DNA of 64,000 nucleotides, taken from the sequence record NZ_CP092738.1. One strand, given 5' to 3'. This document shows, piece after piece, positions 21,428 to 47,530 of this stretch. The stretch comes from a plasmid. Position numbers and translations under genes: made by a program. Below the pieces are notes generated by a model. That model saw only the letters and a program-made list of their open reading frames with translations. It ran no database searches and had not been told where the DNA came from. Numbering within the stretch: the first letter of the stretch is position 1; each line of letters opens with the position of its first letter.

Positions 21428-22105
21428 AAATGTGTCCAATAATTCGTCACTAGGTTATTTTAGAGAATTAGAGTTTCCATTTTATCGGGAAAAAATATAT
21501 CTACTTTTTGTTTCGATTCAATAAAGAAAAATGGAGTTTTTAATTTTATTTAAAATACACTAAAACCCATTTTTAAATTAAAAATAATAATTTAAAACTA
21601 ATTCTTATATTGGTTCCAAGACCTGAGTATGAACTCTCTAAATTCAGAAAAAGTGTTTATTTTTTTCTATTTTGAAAGCTTGAAAACAGGAATTAAATTT
21701 GTGGTCATTTTAGAAAGTTACAGAAATTTTCTAAATTTGAATCTAATTCGAAAATGGTTTTAGAGAGTTTCAAAACGATCTCTTTGAATATGCAATCAAA
21801 ACTGAGATGTTTTAGTTTGTTCAAGAATGTGGGAACTCATACAAAAATTGAAAAACTTGTTCGTTTACAATACGACGCAATTTAAGGGAACTACCACGTT
21901 TTATTTGGGTTCATAAATTTATCTTGAGATAGATTCTAACCTTGTCCCCTACCCTTCTATTTTAAATCGTAATAACTTTTGGAATCTCCAATTTCATTCT
22001 TATTCTCATCCCAGTTTAGGACGTTTTTTGTTTTTTAAATAATTCCAGTCCTCTTCACAGGGTTAGGCGAAAATTCCTAAATTGTAGCTGACAGAGACTC
22101 ATTTT

Positions 22106-22513
22106 ATGAGTCCTTGTCTCCTATGGAAACTACTTGTGTCTACACTTTTTGAAAGACTTTCCGCTATTGACGACGACCTGAAACTGAGTCACAGCAGGAT
22201 GGCCGTGGAATTGGGTGTCAATCGTTCTACTTATTACAAATACAAAAATGGCACTCTTGCTATCCCTAAATCTATTTTAATCATTTTAAGGCTTAAAGGT
22301 TATGACGATCATTGGGTTCTTTCCGGAAAAGGCCAAATGAAACTCAAAGATTCTGTTCAATTAGTCGAAATGCAAAAAAGACTAAAACTCATTTCTAAGC
22401 TCGACTCTTACGGTGTGTTAGATTCTATCGAAAAATTACCAGAAACCCCTTCCTCTGTTCAAAAGAAAATCATTCGAGAATTCTTCATTTTCTTGGCTTC
22501 TAAGTTTGTGTAA
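22106..22513 (+). CDS. CI-repressor-like HTH protein (paralog of 37644..38036 and 51424..51864)
   Basis: HTH (...LGVNRSTYYKYKNG...) followed by a W(V/L)LSG(K/E)G(Q/S)M motif typical of the phage CI N-terminal HTH. Confidence 0.5.
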   Translation: MSPCLLWKLLVSTLFERLSAIDDDLKLSHSRMAVELGVNRSTYYKYKNGTLAIPKSILIILRLKGYDDHWVLSGKGQMKLKDSVQLVEMQKRLKLISKLDSYGVLDSIEKLPETPSSVQKKIIREFFIFLASKFV

Positions 22514-22875
22514 CAGGGAGTTTTGGTATGGTAGTCGGAGAGATTCAATGTCTTAAATGTTTACTCTGTGAAATCCGTTCAAAAATTTCAATGATGGATT
22601 CTTCTACCTGATCAACATTCGCGTGAATAGTAGAAATGACCGAGTGTTGCCTTGAGTAGTCGAAAGAATTCCTGTCATTATCAATAATCTTCCCGTTACT
22701 TAAATTTATACATCCAATGAAGTTTTATATTTTTTTTATTTATTCAGGATGGAACAAAATACCAGAACCACCGTAATATTTCAGTTTAGTTCTACTCCCC
22801 CTTCCTCTAATGCGTTTTCGTATTTCAAAAAAATTCCGCTTTCCATTTTTTTAAGATACATAATTTTTTCCATAA

Positions 22876-23613
22876 ATGCCAAAAATAGTCTGTATTATTT
22901 CAAATAAGGGCGGTTGTTCGAAAACAACTATTTCAACAGGTTTAGGTCAAGCTTTCGTAAGTTTTGGAAATTCTGTTGTGCTGGTCGATTTAGACAATAA
23001 TAACAATTTAAGCGACATTTCTTTACACTCGCACCCAGATTCAAATACTGTTCATAAAAGAAACTTAACAACAGCTATTTCCGGTGCACACGCAATAGAT
23101 GAAGTAATATGGAAAACGGCCCTACATGGATTCGATATAATTCCGACTCATGGAATAATTAACGATTTTAGCTTTAAATTAAACATGGACCCATCATTAG
23201 AAATTCGAATTAGCGAAGAATTAAAATCTTTAAATTATGATTATATAATTTTAGATGTAAACCCACTTCTAAATGAAACCACGAGATTTGCTCTTAAATA
23301 TTCTAATCTTGGAATAGCCCCACTTGAAGAAGATACACAAAATTTAGATGGTATTAACGATCTTATTAATTTTAGGAATAGTTTTAAAATTAGAACACCC
23401 ATAAAGGTGCTCCCAAGCAATATAAGTAAAGCCAAAGAAGATTTTCTAAAAAGTATGGTTTTAGGTAGAGGCTTGACCTCATTTGAAACTGTGATTTATA
23501 CAAATTCAAGTATCAAAACAGCTAAAAATCTGAGGCAACCTATTTCATATAAAAATGAAGCATTTAGTTATTTTACATCTCTTGCCAAGGAAATAATAAA
23601 TGAAATCAAATAG
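22876..23613 (+). CDS. parA: ParA/Soj-family partition ATPase
   Basis: Deviant Walker A (KIVCIISNKGGCSKTT). 245 aa. Confidence 0.85.
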   Translation: MPKIVCIISNKGGCSKTTISTGLGQAFVSFGNSVVLVDLDNNNNLSDISLHSHPDSNTVHKRNLTTAISGAHAIDEVIWKTALHGFDIIPTHGIINDFSFKLNMDPSLEIRISEELKSLNYDYIILDVNPLLNETTRFALKYSNLGIAPLEEDTQNLDGINDLINFRNSFKIRTPIKVLPSNISKAKEDFLKSMVLGRGLTSFETVIYTNSSIKTAKNLRQPISYKNEAFSYFTSLAKEIINEIK

Positions 23614-24196
23614 CATAAAAGAACAAAAGATTCAAGCTTTTCTTACATCCTCAAAAGTGAACACTGTTCCAGCTACGAGCATTAGTTTAGTTGAGCCAGA
23701 CATAGACGAAATAGCAGATAAAATTAATAAGTTAGTCGAAGGTGCGGAAAACGATTTTAAAAATGGAATGTTAAAATACATTGCTGCAGGCGAAATGTTA
23801 ATTCAGCAAAAAGAAAGTATGCCCTATGGAGAATTTACAGCTTGGCAAAAGAAAAATCTAACTTTTTCAATTCCTAGTGCTTCAATTTATATGAAATTTG
23901 CAAAATATAAAATTGAGCTAACCAAAAGTAAAGAAAAAACAATTAGAGGAGCAAGGATTTTAATCAAAGAACTAGAAGACGCTTCCAACCCAAATTCTAA
24001 AACCGGAAAAAATCAAAATAAACAAAAACTTTTTGATGAGCCTAAAATGTATTATAAAAAATTTCTTTCAGGCGAAAAACTCTCAACTTCTGAAAAGAGA
24101 ACAGTTAAATTATATTTGAAATCTGAAATTGAAAATATTAAAGATAAAATGAATGCAAAAATCAATAAAATCAATAACCATATTTCAAAGCTTTAA
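23600..24196 (+). CDS. putative partition partner protein (ParB-like DNA-binding protein)
   Basis: 198-aa ORF overlapping the parA stop. A basic/HTH-like central region. Position in the operon is the main evidence. Confidence 0.35.
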   Translation: MKSNSIKEQKIQAFLTSSKVNTVPATSISLVEPDIDEIADKINKLVEGAENDFKNGMLKYIAAGEMLIQQKESMPYGEFTAWQKKNLTFSIPSASIYMKFAKYKIELTKSKEKTIRGARILIKELEDASNPNSKTGKNQNKQKLFDEPKMYYKKFLSGEKLSTSEKRTVKLYLKSEIENIKDKMNAKINKINNHISKL

Positions 24197-24204
24197 AATA
24201 TCTT

Positions 24205-24228
24205 AGTTTTATAACATGTTATAAAACT
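24205..24228. promoter_or_regulatory. 24-bp perfect palindrome AGTTTTATAACATGTTATAAAACT (candidate parS/operator site)
   Basis: A perfect palindrome 9 bp after the 23600..24196 stop. A second hairpin (CCTTGTGGG-N10-CCCACAAGG) lies at 24351..24378 upstream of the rep-like gene. Confidence 0.4.
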
Positions 24229-24652
24229 AATTCTTTTAACTCTTATTTTTAAATTTCAAAATAAAAAAAGCTGGTACTTAAATTTGGTTTTAATATAAAT
24301 GGATTAAATCAAAGAGAAATAATTCTCCTTCGATTTACGTTCTATCAAAGCCTTGTGGGAGGTCAGATACCCACAAGGCATCCTTCCCTAAAGTTCCAAT
24401 AATTTAGTTATGTCCCATTTTTAACTTGACAGGTATATAGTACCTGTATCTAGTCCAAAATATCTTAGGCGGCATAACTAAGATTCGGCTTATCTGACAA
24501 TTGCCGAAAAGAAGAACGTGAATCGAGGACCTACCGAAAAGGCTCCAAGCCTGACCCTTAGTTCCCCGTATTTTTAACAGAGTAGGGTAAAAACTAACCT
24601 TTACCATGCGTCACCCGAAGTATGTCCGTATGGTAAAATAAGGGATACTAAA

Positions 24653-26092
24653 ATGACCGAGGTCGTACATTACGCTTTGGTGATAGCTCATGCTATCGAA
24701 TCACTACCACTTTCCAGGACCAAAAGACAACTACTGTCCAAAATCACGGAACTTGATATTGCAGGAAGAATTAATGGATTTGGTGGATGTATCGCCAAAA
24801 ACAAAACACTAGGTGAAGAAGTAGGATTAGCAGAAACTACTGTTTCTAGATACATTCGAGAAATGAGACGAGACGGATTTGTAATCTCTGGGGAATTCCA
24901 CGGGCATTATAGAATATTAAACTCTAGTCTACATGATGCAGTTGTAAAAGAACGTTATCAATATAACTTACAAAAACAAATAACAAAATATACTAGTCTG
25001 TCTAGTACAAATATCCTAGAGAGCCCAAGCCAAAGTACCGGGGCTGCTCCGTACAAACGTACGGGGGTTTGTTCTAGTAACCAAAGTACAAACCAAATAA
25101 ATAACAAAAAGAAAGTACAAACTTCTTCACTTTCAGAAATTACTTGGGAAAATATTTTTGAACATTCTAAAAACCTCGTTTCGGAAAAGTGGGGGGAATA
25201 TGGCCACAACCCGGAAAGGGAAAATGCTAAAATCAAATCCTGGAAAAAGGTCGAACCGGAAAACCCGGGAGTCGTTTTAGAAACTTTGAAGAAGCTAATT
25301 CATATCCGTAAATCAGAGGAATATAAAGCAGACCGTTTTTGGGGAACAATCCCTGTAAACATAGCCTCTAGTTACTCTTACAAGGACATTATAAAAAACA
25401 CATATAACCTACTTACACAAGTGGGAAGTAAAGGCCCTTTAGTCACGGAAAATAAAAAAGAAGTAAAAACCGAAAGTAAAGTAATTGATCCGTTCAAAAA
25501 TGAACCTACCTGGGAAGGATTTTTAGTTTGGGCCAAGGAAAGACTTTCTAAAACTAGTAACGAAAGTCTTAAACAGCTTAGAGTCAAATTCGAAAATAAA
25601 GGGTTATATATAATAGGGGAAATAAACGATTCACTCAAAATGATTGTATCTAAATACTTCAATGAAGAAGCAAAACTTAAAACAGAAATAAAATTTGTAA
25701 AAGAAGAATTGCAAGAGAAAGAACAGAATTTTAACTCAAGTAAAAAATTGGATCAGAAAAATAATCAGGAAAATCAAACCCAACCGAATCAAGAATCTTC
25801 CATATCGGTTGATCAATCAGAAAATCAAGATATTAAAACTTTCTCTGACTATATATCGGTAGATAAAGTAATCCATGAGTTCATGAGCCATTCTTCTCTG
25901 AAACTAAATCGACTTGACTTAGAAGAGATACGTAAACTAAGAATCAGTTACGATTTAGAGAAAATTGTAATCTATGACCCACTTCCAGAAAGATTGAAAA
26001 ATCACATACGTGATTACTTTTATAGCCATCCCCAAAGGGTTATCGCTCTACAATTTGAGGAATGTAAAAATAAATTCCATGTTGCGGCGTAA
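24653..26092 (+). CDS. putative replication initiator/winged-helix DNA-binding protein
   Basis: 479 aa. N-terminal winged-helix-like segment (...LGEEVGLAETTVSRYIREMRRDGFV...). Follows the parA-parB module. Confidence 0.35.
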   Translation: MTEVVHYALVIAHAIESLPLSRTKRQLLSKITELDIAGRINGFGGCIAKNKTLGEEVGLAETTVSRYIREMRRDGFVISGEFHGHYRILNSSLHDAVVKERYQYNLQKQITKYTSLSSTNILESPSQSTGAAPYKRTGVCSSNQSTNQINNKKKVQTSSLSEITWENIFEHSKNLVSEKWGEYGHNPERENAKIKSWKKVEPENPGVVLETLKKLIHIRKSEEYKADRFWGTIPVNIASSYSYKDIIKNTYNLLTQVGSKGPLVTENKKEVKTESKVIDPFKNEPTWEGFLVWAKERLSKTSNESLKQLRVKFENKGLYIIGEINDSLKMIVSKYFNEEAKLKTEIKFVKEELQEKEQNFNSSKKLDQKNNQENQTQPNQESSISVDQSENQDIKTFSDYISVDKVIHEFMSHSSLKLNRLDLEEIRKLRISYDLEKIVIYDPLPERLKNHIRDYFYSHPQRVIALQFEECKNKFHVAA

Positions 26093-26274
26093 AGATCTTA
26101 TGATTCTAAAAAAAAATGAAATCTTAAACATCATAGATCGACTTCTTAAATGTGGAAACTACAACAAACCACGATTGTACAAACAAATTCCAAAAGGGTA
26201 GGGCTGGTGATAACTCAATATTCAATTAAAAGAATGACGTAACTCATGTTTACCATATATATGTATACATATTA

Positions 26275-26898
26275 TTATCTCCTCTTCCACAAAAGAAAAG
26301 TGAAATAAAGATTACAAAAAGAAACCAACGTAAAGATCAAAATCAAACCCAGAAAAAGAATTTCTTTTTTAGAAAAGGATTCTTGTTCTTTGTTGTAGGA
26401 ATGAGTATCTTTGAGGCTAACAATTGTAGAATGGAGCTCCGACTTTAGGTCATCGATGGAACGAAATAATTCCGAATCTAAAAGGATGACGGTTTGTGAG
26501 CCGTTGAATTTACGATTTTGAGAAGAGTTAGATGGAACATTTTTTTTAGAAGAAATATTTCCCAGTAATTCAATTTCTTTTTTTAAGTCCTGATCAAAGG
26601 GCCATTTTTGACGTGCTTTTTGTAAAAGTTCGATTGCTTTATCAAGGTTTCCTTTTTTAGCTTCTTCCCTACCTAAACCAACCCAAGCAGAAGTAAGAAT
26701 ATATTCAGCGGTTACATCAGAAGGATTGTTAGTAAGTAAAGAAATGGCTAACTTTTCCGCTTCTATGTATCTTTTTTCTTCGATAAACATTTTAGCGTTT
26801 TCGTGACCTCCCGACATTTCGTCTGGAAAAGAATCTTTAGTCAAAAGGATCAACATTAGAAGAATAGAATATATAAAGATTTGAAAAATGGATTTCAT
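26275..26898 (-). CDS. TPR-like secreted/membrane protein
   Basis: Signal peptide. A TPR-like helical region (...AEYILTSAWVGLGREEAKKGNLDKAIELLQKA...). A C-terminal TM segment. Confidence 0.45.
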   Translation of the reverse strand: MKSIFQIFIYSILLMLILLTKDSFPDEMSGGHENAKMFIEEKRYIEAEKLAISLLTNNPSDVTAEYILTSAWVGLGREEAKKGNLDKAIELLQKARQKWPFDQDLKKEIELLGNISSKKNVPSNSSQNRKFNGSQTVILLDSELFRSIDDLKSELHSTIVSLKDTHSYNKEQESFSKKEILFLGLILIFTLVSFCNLYFTFLLWKRR

Positions 26899-26907
26899 AT
26901 AGTTTTT

Positions 26908-29159
<2,252 letters not shown>

Positions 29160-29462
29160 ATTATAATCTCTTGAAAAATTATGATCCAGAAGTTTGAAGT
29201 ATGTTAATCTTGTAAATAGATAAATATTTTTTGCAAATTTGAAGAAAATGAAAAGTTTTTCATATTATCGCGACCTAGCATAATTTAACAGGTAGGTTAT
29301 AACATAATAACTTTATATTTCCTAGAAAAGTGAAAAAAGTCTTCCTAGATACCGCTAGTTACTATATTTGTGGCCTGGTATCACAAATTAAAGAATTTGT
29401 TAGGCGAAAAACAACTAACAAAGGATTACGATTTGTGAATAAAAGAACCGGGAAATCTTTAT

Positions 29463-36348
<6,886 letters not shown>

Positions 36349-36365
<17 letters not shown>

Positions 36366-36831
36366 AGTTATAAATATTATGATATTATTTAGTATCATAT
36401 GTTTGCATGTTATTTGCTCTAACATTGGCGATATAAATATAAACAGAAATGGAGTTGATGATGAGGATATTGTAACAGGTGGAGAATTTTACTCATTATT
36501 AATTGCGTCTTATTCAGCAAAATATTATTATTGTGGTTTTTCTGATGCTGACATTTTTGATGATCCATTGTATTTACTGTATACTTTCAACTCTCCTTTT
36601 GAAAGGTCTGGATCTACCGGTCTTCATAGTAATGATTTTAGTTCGATTATTCCTGTTACAACAAATATTTATTATTATAAAAAAGATGCAGAATATTGTT
36701 CTAGATCGATACTTGTCGTACCTTGTAATAGCAATTTCCAGGAATTATCGAAATCTTTACAATATTCTGTATTAAAGAACTGTGAAAGTAATCCTGCTAG
36801 TGTAAGGAAGTCAGGGGATGGAAATTGGTAG
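36349..36831 (+). CDS. putative immunity lipoprotein, family X (paralogs at 44895..45383 and 45455..45904)
   Basis: Overlaps the toxin stop (36365). The probable ATG is at 36379. Signal peptide with lipobox-like Cys. Conserved CGF(S/T)DADI, PC(N/Q) and a C-terminal (S/K)GDG(N/S)W shared with the paralogs. Confidence 0.55.
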
Positions 36832-36851
36832 TATAATTTAGTAAAATATTT

Positions 36852-36937
36852 CCCCGCGTGAGTCGATCGAAGCGTGGTCAAGAAATTGAAATAACGGAAG
36901 AATAATATTCTAACAGTAAAATACAATTTCTTGACCG
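36852..36937. repeat. inter-cassette repeat with hairpin GGTCAAGAAATTG-N35-CAATTTCTTGACC (copy A)
   Basis: Direct read. Related copies at 43686, 45396 (partial), 45936 and a covarying variant at 40183. Confidence 0.8.
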
Positions 36938-36975
36938 CTGTATTGCCATCCTTAAACGTATAGAGATTTATTTTT

Positions 36976-37562
<587 letters not shown>

Positions 37563-37643
37563 TGGTCATATTGTATGATGCGTAGAGCAACATGTCAAAC
37601 TTAAAATATTGCATGAAGCAATGGTAAGAAACTTTAGAAAAAA

Positions 37644-38036
<393 letters not shown>

Positions 38037-38272
38037 ATTAATATTAACAATTACACATATAAAAGAAAAACCTTTAGGATAAAAATGGGAGTCAATTTCT
38101 TTCCAGAAAATGAATTATTGATCCAAAGAACGAAAGCTATTTTAATAAAGTTGAAAATACTTACATTTTGTTTTGAAATCTAAAAGATAAAATATTATAA
38201 ATTCTGAGTAAATTTTTTCCTTAGAGACTGAAACTATTATATAACTCTGAGTAAAATGTATAAAACAAAGGC

Positions 38273-39842
<1,570 letters not shown>

Positions 39843-40182
39843 CTTCTTTTAATTCTTGAAACTTCTATAAAATTATGTACGGATACTTAGAAATAATGTT
39901 TCTGAATAGAACGATTATTTCAAAAGAATCATAGAATTAGAATATACAATGAACTAAAAATGTTTGCGATATATTGGAATTGTATTATATTTTACTGAAA
40001 GTGCTGAAATCTCTGAATTTTTTCGAAAATCAAGTTTGACTGCACCGTCGGTGCGAAGAAATACGACTTATTTTTCTTTGAAAACAATTTTCTTTGAGTA
40101 AAAGAAATATGTAGATTTACAAAGCGGGGGAAACTCAAACAACGGCAAAACTTTTTTTACGAGCGGCAGGGATGGAGGCGGA

Positions 40183-40282
<100 letters not shown>

Positions 40283-40406
40283 TTAATGATGTTGAATACA
40301 ATAAAACTTTAAAATACAAAATGACCTTTCTCCGAAAGCCGCTACAAAAAGTATCCGGGACAACGTAAGCGGGAATGTAAGTACAACTCGGATCTTTACC
40401 GATCCT

Positions 40407-43331
<2,925 letters not shown>

Positions 43332-43344
43332 ATAAGGGTAGGTT

Positions 43345-43575
43345 ATGAAATTACTAAAACAAATCTTAATTCAGAACATAACAATATTACTTTTATTTAA
43401 TTGCCGATTTGACTCTAATTATTTTGACATTGAACTTTCAGCAAAGGATTACCGATGTCTTGAGGGAATTATAGAGCTAGATGAAAAATGTAATGGGGAC
43501 GAGAAGAATAAGATAAATCACGTAAGTGGCGAATGTAATCTTCGTTTGGTTGAAATGATAAGCGACTGTTCTTGA
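43345..43575 (+). CDS. small Cys-rich putative immunity protein for cassette 2
   Basis: 76 aa, 14 nt after the toxin stop. Lipobox-like LLLFNC. Position is the main evidence. Confidence 0.4.
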   Translation: MKLLKQILIQNITILLLFNCRFDSNYFDIELSAKDYRCLEGIIELDEKCNGDEKNKINHVSGECNLRLVEMISDCS

Positions 43576-43685
43576 ATTTTGCGCCAAGTGGGTGTGTTTC
43601 ATCACCAAGAAATCAAGATGTATTCTCTTTTATATAAAATCATATGAGGAAGCTTTATCTATAAAAAGTAATATTTTTCAGTTTT

Positions 43686-43826
43686 CTCCGCGTGAGTGAT
43701 CGAAGCGTGGTCAAGAAATTGAAATAACGGAAAAATAACATTCTAAAAGTAAAATACAATTTCTTGACCGGAGCTGAGAGCGCGACCCGGCACTAAAAAG
43801 AGAGAAAAATTTCGCCGGGGCACGCC
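43686..43826. repeat. inter-cassette repeat copy B (hairpin + CCCGGC..GCCGGG element)
   Basis: Direct read. Immediately precedes orphan cassette 3. Confidence 0.8.
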
Positions 43827-43839
43827 CTGGATATTAGCA

Positions 43840-44904
43840 ATGGGTGCAAACGTAGCTCCAGGAGTTCCTAGTATTCAAAATCCAGGGGTAGGTATGACGG
43901 GTGGTGGAAGTGTAGGGGGAATGCCAGTAACTGGAATGTATTTTTATCATCCCAATCATTTAGGTTCGATTACGATGATAACGGATGGAGCTGGAAATCC
44001 GGCTTCAGGACCAGAACCAGGGGTGAGTTACGTTTCTTATGAACCGTATGGTTCTATCATACGCAACGATTCTTATGGTCCTGATATATTTCGTTACAAG
44101 TTTACGGGTCAAATCGAAGACAAAGAGACTGGTCTTTACTATTACAAATCTCGTTTTTACGAACCTACGTTAGGCCGTTTCTTGCAAGCGGATTCAGTGA
44201 TTGCACCTGATTCTGTAAATGGTATGAATCGTTATATGTATGTAGATGGAAATCCTGTTAGTTATACTGATCCAAGTGGACACATTTCCGGCCCTGATAT
44301 GATGCACATGTTAAATCGTATCGTTGGTCATGCTATGGGGAAAGATTTTCATAATGGGAATAGTCCAAGTTTTAGCAGTATTGGAAAAGACCTTCATAGA
44401 AACGCATTGAGTAAAGGTATTAACAAATCCTTAAAGAAAATAGATACCTTTCTTGGAAAATCAGATATTGGAAGATTTATAAACAAAGGCTGGAGAGACA
44501 TTAGGCGAAGTGATCTTGGTACAGGATTTGACAAATATATCGGAAAGGATGGTATATTAGGATATGCTGGTGATCATCTAATTACTGCTCCTTTAAAACA
44601 TATGATAGAAGGTAAGGCGAGAGATGAAATTAAACACAAAAGCTACAAGGAATTAGTAAATAATTTATATTTTGAAGGTATAGCTGCTTATCTCTGCGGT
44701 AGACCTATGGATCCAAGTTATGCTGTAAGTAGTTTTATAAAAAGTAATATTATGTTACCAATATTATCAAAATATGTTGCAGATCATAAATCACACGATT
44801 TCTTTCCGGGGCAATCCTCATCCTATACAATGTTAAATATGGTGGCTGGTTCAGGTATGTTAAATCGAATTCAAGAGGGAATGGCGGAGGCTAATTGTCA
44901 ATGA
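43840..44904 (+). CDS. orphan RHS-core + toxin cassette 3 (toxin tip paralogous to the main gene tip)
   Basis: Starts at MGANVAPGV, which follows ..PWILA in the parent. RHS core through DPSGH plus the shared pre-toxin segment. The tip shares GFDKYIGK(N/D)GILGY(L/A)GDHL(V/I)TAPLK with the main gene. Confidence 0.8.
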   Translation: MGANVAPGVPSIQNPGVGMTGGGSVGGMPVTGMYFYHPNHLGSITMITDGAGNPASGPEPGVSYVSYEPYGSIIRNDSYGPDIFRYKFTGQIEDKETGLYYYKSRFYEPTLGRFLQADSVIAPDSVNGMNRYMYVDGNPVSYTDPSGHISGPDMMHMLNRIVGHAMGKDFHNGNSPSFSSIGKDLHRNALSKGINKSLKKIDTFLGKSDIGRFINKGWRDIRRSDLGTGFDKYIGKDGILGYAGDHLITAPLKHMIEGKARDEIKHKSYKELVNNLYFEGIAAYLCGRPMDPSYAVSSFIKSNIMLPILSKYVADHKSHDFFPGQSSSYTMLNMVAGSGMLNRIQEGMAEANCQ

Positions 44905-45383
44905 TTGTAAAAATAATTAGAACAATATTATATTATAACATTATTTCGTTATTTCTTGGATGTATAAACATAGATACGGGAATAGATGTTGCTGTAAGTC
45001 CTTCTGGTATTGATACCAACCGAGTTGTAAATTCAAGTGAATTTTATACATATGCAATGCAAGCATATACTGAAAAAATGTATTTTTGTGGCTTTACAGA
45101 TGCAGATATAGAAGCGGATTCGGCTTTTCCTTTATCCATATTTGTTTTGGGTGGTGACTTTAATGGTCTCGGTGGTGACCCATTGTCTACTTTCTCCTTT
45201 GCTCTATATTATACCGACTATTACTTAAAACGATCAATGCATGATTGTGGAAAGGCCATAATGGCAACGCCTTGTCAAGCAAGTGGGGCGCAACAAGCAG
45301 AGGCAATTCACTTATCTTTCTTGACCTCTTGCATTCCGGAAAAAGTAGTGTTCACAAAAAAAGGGGATGGAAGTTGGAAATAA
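44895..45383 (+). CDS. putative immunity lipoprotein, family X
   Basis: Overlaps the toxin stop. Paralog of 36349..36831. Confidence 0.55.
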   Translation: MSMIVKIIRTILYYNIISLFLGCINIDTGIDVAVSPSGIDTNRVVNSSEFYTYAMQAYTEKMYFCGFTDADIEADSAFPLSIFVLGGDFNGLGGDPLSTFSFALYYTDYYLKRSMHDCGKAIMATPCQASGAQQAEAIHLSFLTSCIPEKVVFTKKGDGSWK

Positions 45384-45454
45384 AAGAATCCCCTTCGCGT
45401 GAGCGATCGAAGTGTGGTCAAGAAAAGGAATAAGGGAAGAGTACTATTCTTAAA

Positions 45455-45904
45455 ATGTATAATCTAATTTATATTATTCTTATCCTTTCCGTATCATGCT
45501 CGGATGTGAATATAAACGGATACGGAGTAGATACAAAAGATATTGTAACGAGGGGACAATTTAAAACTGGTGTATTGCAGGCTTATTTATTAAAATATAA
45601 ATCTTGTATTTATCCTGATAATGATTCACTTGCTTCAGATGTAATATTTGATTCAATTTTACTAAGTGCTGATGATACGTCTACTAGCCTAGATATAAGT
45701 TTAGATAGGGCTGATTTCTGGACTAATTCAAGATTTAGAGAATATTATTACAAAGATGATATGGATACTTGTTCACGATCAGTATTATCTGTTCCTTGTC
45801 AACCAACCGTTGAAGATCAAGCAAAAGCATTAGCTTTGTCTTTCCTAAAAGACTGTCGTCCAGAGCGAGCAAGTTTTCGTGATAAAGGTCAGGGAAATTA
45901 TTAA
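45455..45904 (+). CDS. putative immunity lipoprotein, family X (extra copy)
   Basis: Paralog. Signal peptide plus SVSC lipobox. C-terminal KGQGNY. Confidence 0.5.
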   Translation: MYNLIYIILILSVSCSDVNINGYGVDTKDIVTRGQFKTGVLQAYLLKYKSCIYPDNDSLASDVIFDSILLSADDTSTSLDISLDRADFWTNSRFREYYYKDDMDTCSRSVLSVPCQPTVEDQAKALALSFLKDCRPERASFRDKGQGNY

Positions 45905-45935
45905 ACATATAATAAAAGTAATATTCGATGGCTTT

Positions 45936-46078
45936 CCCCCGCGTGAGTCGATCGAAGGGTGGTCAAGAAATTGGAATAACGAAAGAATAATATTCTAAAA
46001 GTAAAATACAATTTCTTGACCGGAGCTGAGAGCGCGACCCGGCACTAAGAATAAGGAAGAGTTTTGCCGGGGCACGCC
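45936..46078. repeat. inter-cassette repeat copy D
   Basis: Direct read. A partial copy lies at 45396..45440. Confidence 0.8.
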
Positions 46079-46085
46079 TTGGATA

Positions 46086-47207
46086 TTGGCAATGGGTGCA
46101 AACGTATCCCCAGGAGTTCCTAGTATTCAAAATCCTGGAGTAGGAATGACGGGTGGTGGAAGTGTAGATGGAATGCCAGTAACCGGAATGTATTTTTATC
46201 ATCCCAATCATTTAGGTTCGATTACGATGATAACGGATGGTGCAGGAAATCCAGCGAGTGGTCCAGAACCAGGAGTGAGTTACGTTTCTTATGAACCGTA
46301 TGGTTCTATTATACGTAACGATTCTTATGGTCCTGATATATTCCGATTCAAGTTTACGGGACAGATTGAAGACAAAGAAACAGGTCTTTACTACTACAAA
46401 TCTCGTTTTTACGAACCAACGTTAGGTAGGTTTATTCAAGCGGATACAGTGATTGATCCAGAATCAGTCAACGGTCAAAATCGTTATATGTATGTGGAAG
46501 GAAATCCTGTGAACTACAAGGATTCGTCGGGTCATAGTTTGGATATGATGTTTTATGCTGCATTGTATCAATACGCACAGTTACCCAATAGCCCTAAAAA
46601 AGAACAAGATAGTTTAATGTTACTTGCTTTACACAATCAACAGATTCGAAATACTTCCGGTCCTGGTTGTCCAGCGAGTGGAAAGAACAATTTGGTTTGG
46701 GGGAATTTTCAAGGAAATGGTCGGTGTGGGGGGACCTTGCCTAAGGAAGTAAGTCTTGTTATAAGTAATATTTTCCTTATTTCTTCTATATATAATATAA
46801 AAGAAGGCCCAACTATTGCTTTAGCTTATTATTATTTAAACAAACCGAATTCAGCTTTGACGATAGTAGATCGTTCAGGAATTGCACATGATGAAGAACA
46901 TAGCTGGGATTTAAATAAAAAGGCAATCCATGCTAATGAAGGATGGATTAAACAATCCTGGGGAAATTTTTATTCAATCCATGAACAAAGGGCAGCCTAC
47001 AAACGAGAGTATGACGCACTTCCGAAAAGTTATGATCGATATGGTAATACCGGGAAATCAATCCTAGCGGGTGTGAATTATCTTGGAACGACTCTGTTTT
47101 CAGTTCAAAATTATTTTGGCTATCAGTATCTTTGGGCCAAAAATGCAACGTTTATACCAAAAGGCAGATACAACAACTTTTGGAAACCGAATAAGTGGAA
47201 GTTATAA
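46086..47207 (+). CDS. orphan RHS-core + toxin cassette 4 (distinct toxin tip)
   Basis: [11 protein letters not shown]... RHS core through ..NYKDSSGH, then a unique ~230-aa tip. Confidence 0.8.
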   Translation: MAMGANVSPGVPSIQNPGVGMTGGGSVDGMPVTGMYFYHPNHLGSITMITDGAGNPASGPEPGVSYVSYEPYGSIIRNDSYGPDIFRFKFTGQIEDKETGLYYYKSRFYEPTLGRFIQADTVIDPESVNGQNRYMYVEGNPVNYKDSSGHSLDMMFYAALYQYAQLPNSPKKEQDSLMLLALHNQQIRNTSGPGCPASGKNNLVWGNFQGNGRCGGTLPKEVSLVISNIFLISSIYNIKEGPTIALAYYYLNKPNSALTIVDRSGIAHDEEHSWDLNKKAIHANEGWIKQSWGNFYSIHEQRAAYKREYDALPKSYDRYGNTGKSILAGVNYLGTTLFSVQNYFGYQYLWAKNATFIPKGRYNNFWKPNKWKL

Positions 47208-47224
47208 CGGGAGAAAGGAAGAAT

Positions 47225-47530
47225 ATGAAACTAAGAATATTGAATATAACCATTTGGAATCTATTTGTTTTTTGGATTTTAAATTGTTCTATTGGATCAG
47301 CAAGGGACGCATGTAGAAATAATTTACATGCAAGTGATTCAGCTCATAATTGTGACTATTTTGGTTTAGGAATGTATGGAAATTCAAATAATAATAATGC
47401 AGAAACATTTGAAAAACGTCAGGCTTTCACAAGTTTTTTATTATTAGAATGTTTGGAATATTATGAAAAATTAAATGAGTGCGATGCAGCAGAAAAACGA
47501 TATATTCCGTCTGTTTATTCTAAAAAGTGA
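47225..47530 (+). CDS. putative immunity lipoprotein, family Y
   Basis: MKLRILNITIWNLFVFWILNCSIG signal plus lipobox. Conserved [13 protein letters not shown] C-terminal motif. Four paralogs follow toxin-4-type tips. Confidence 0.5.
   Translation: MKLRILNITIWNLFVFWILNCSIGSARDACRNNLHASDSAHNCDYFGLGMYGNSNNNNAETFEKRQAFTSFLLLECLEYYEKLNECDAAEKRYIPSVYSKK

Noticed and set aside
24404-25662. Antisense ORFs 24404..24607, 24958..25236 and 25378..25662
   Set aside because: They overlap the rep-like gene or its leader on the opposite strand. No support.
40321-40323. ATG at 40321 as a possible start of orphan cassette 2
   Set aside because: It is out of frame with the RHS reading frame. The in-frame ORF opens at 40305 after a stop and has no ATG before the TTG at 40407.
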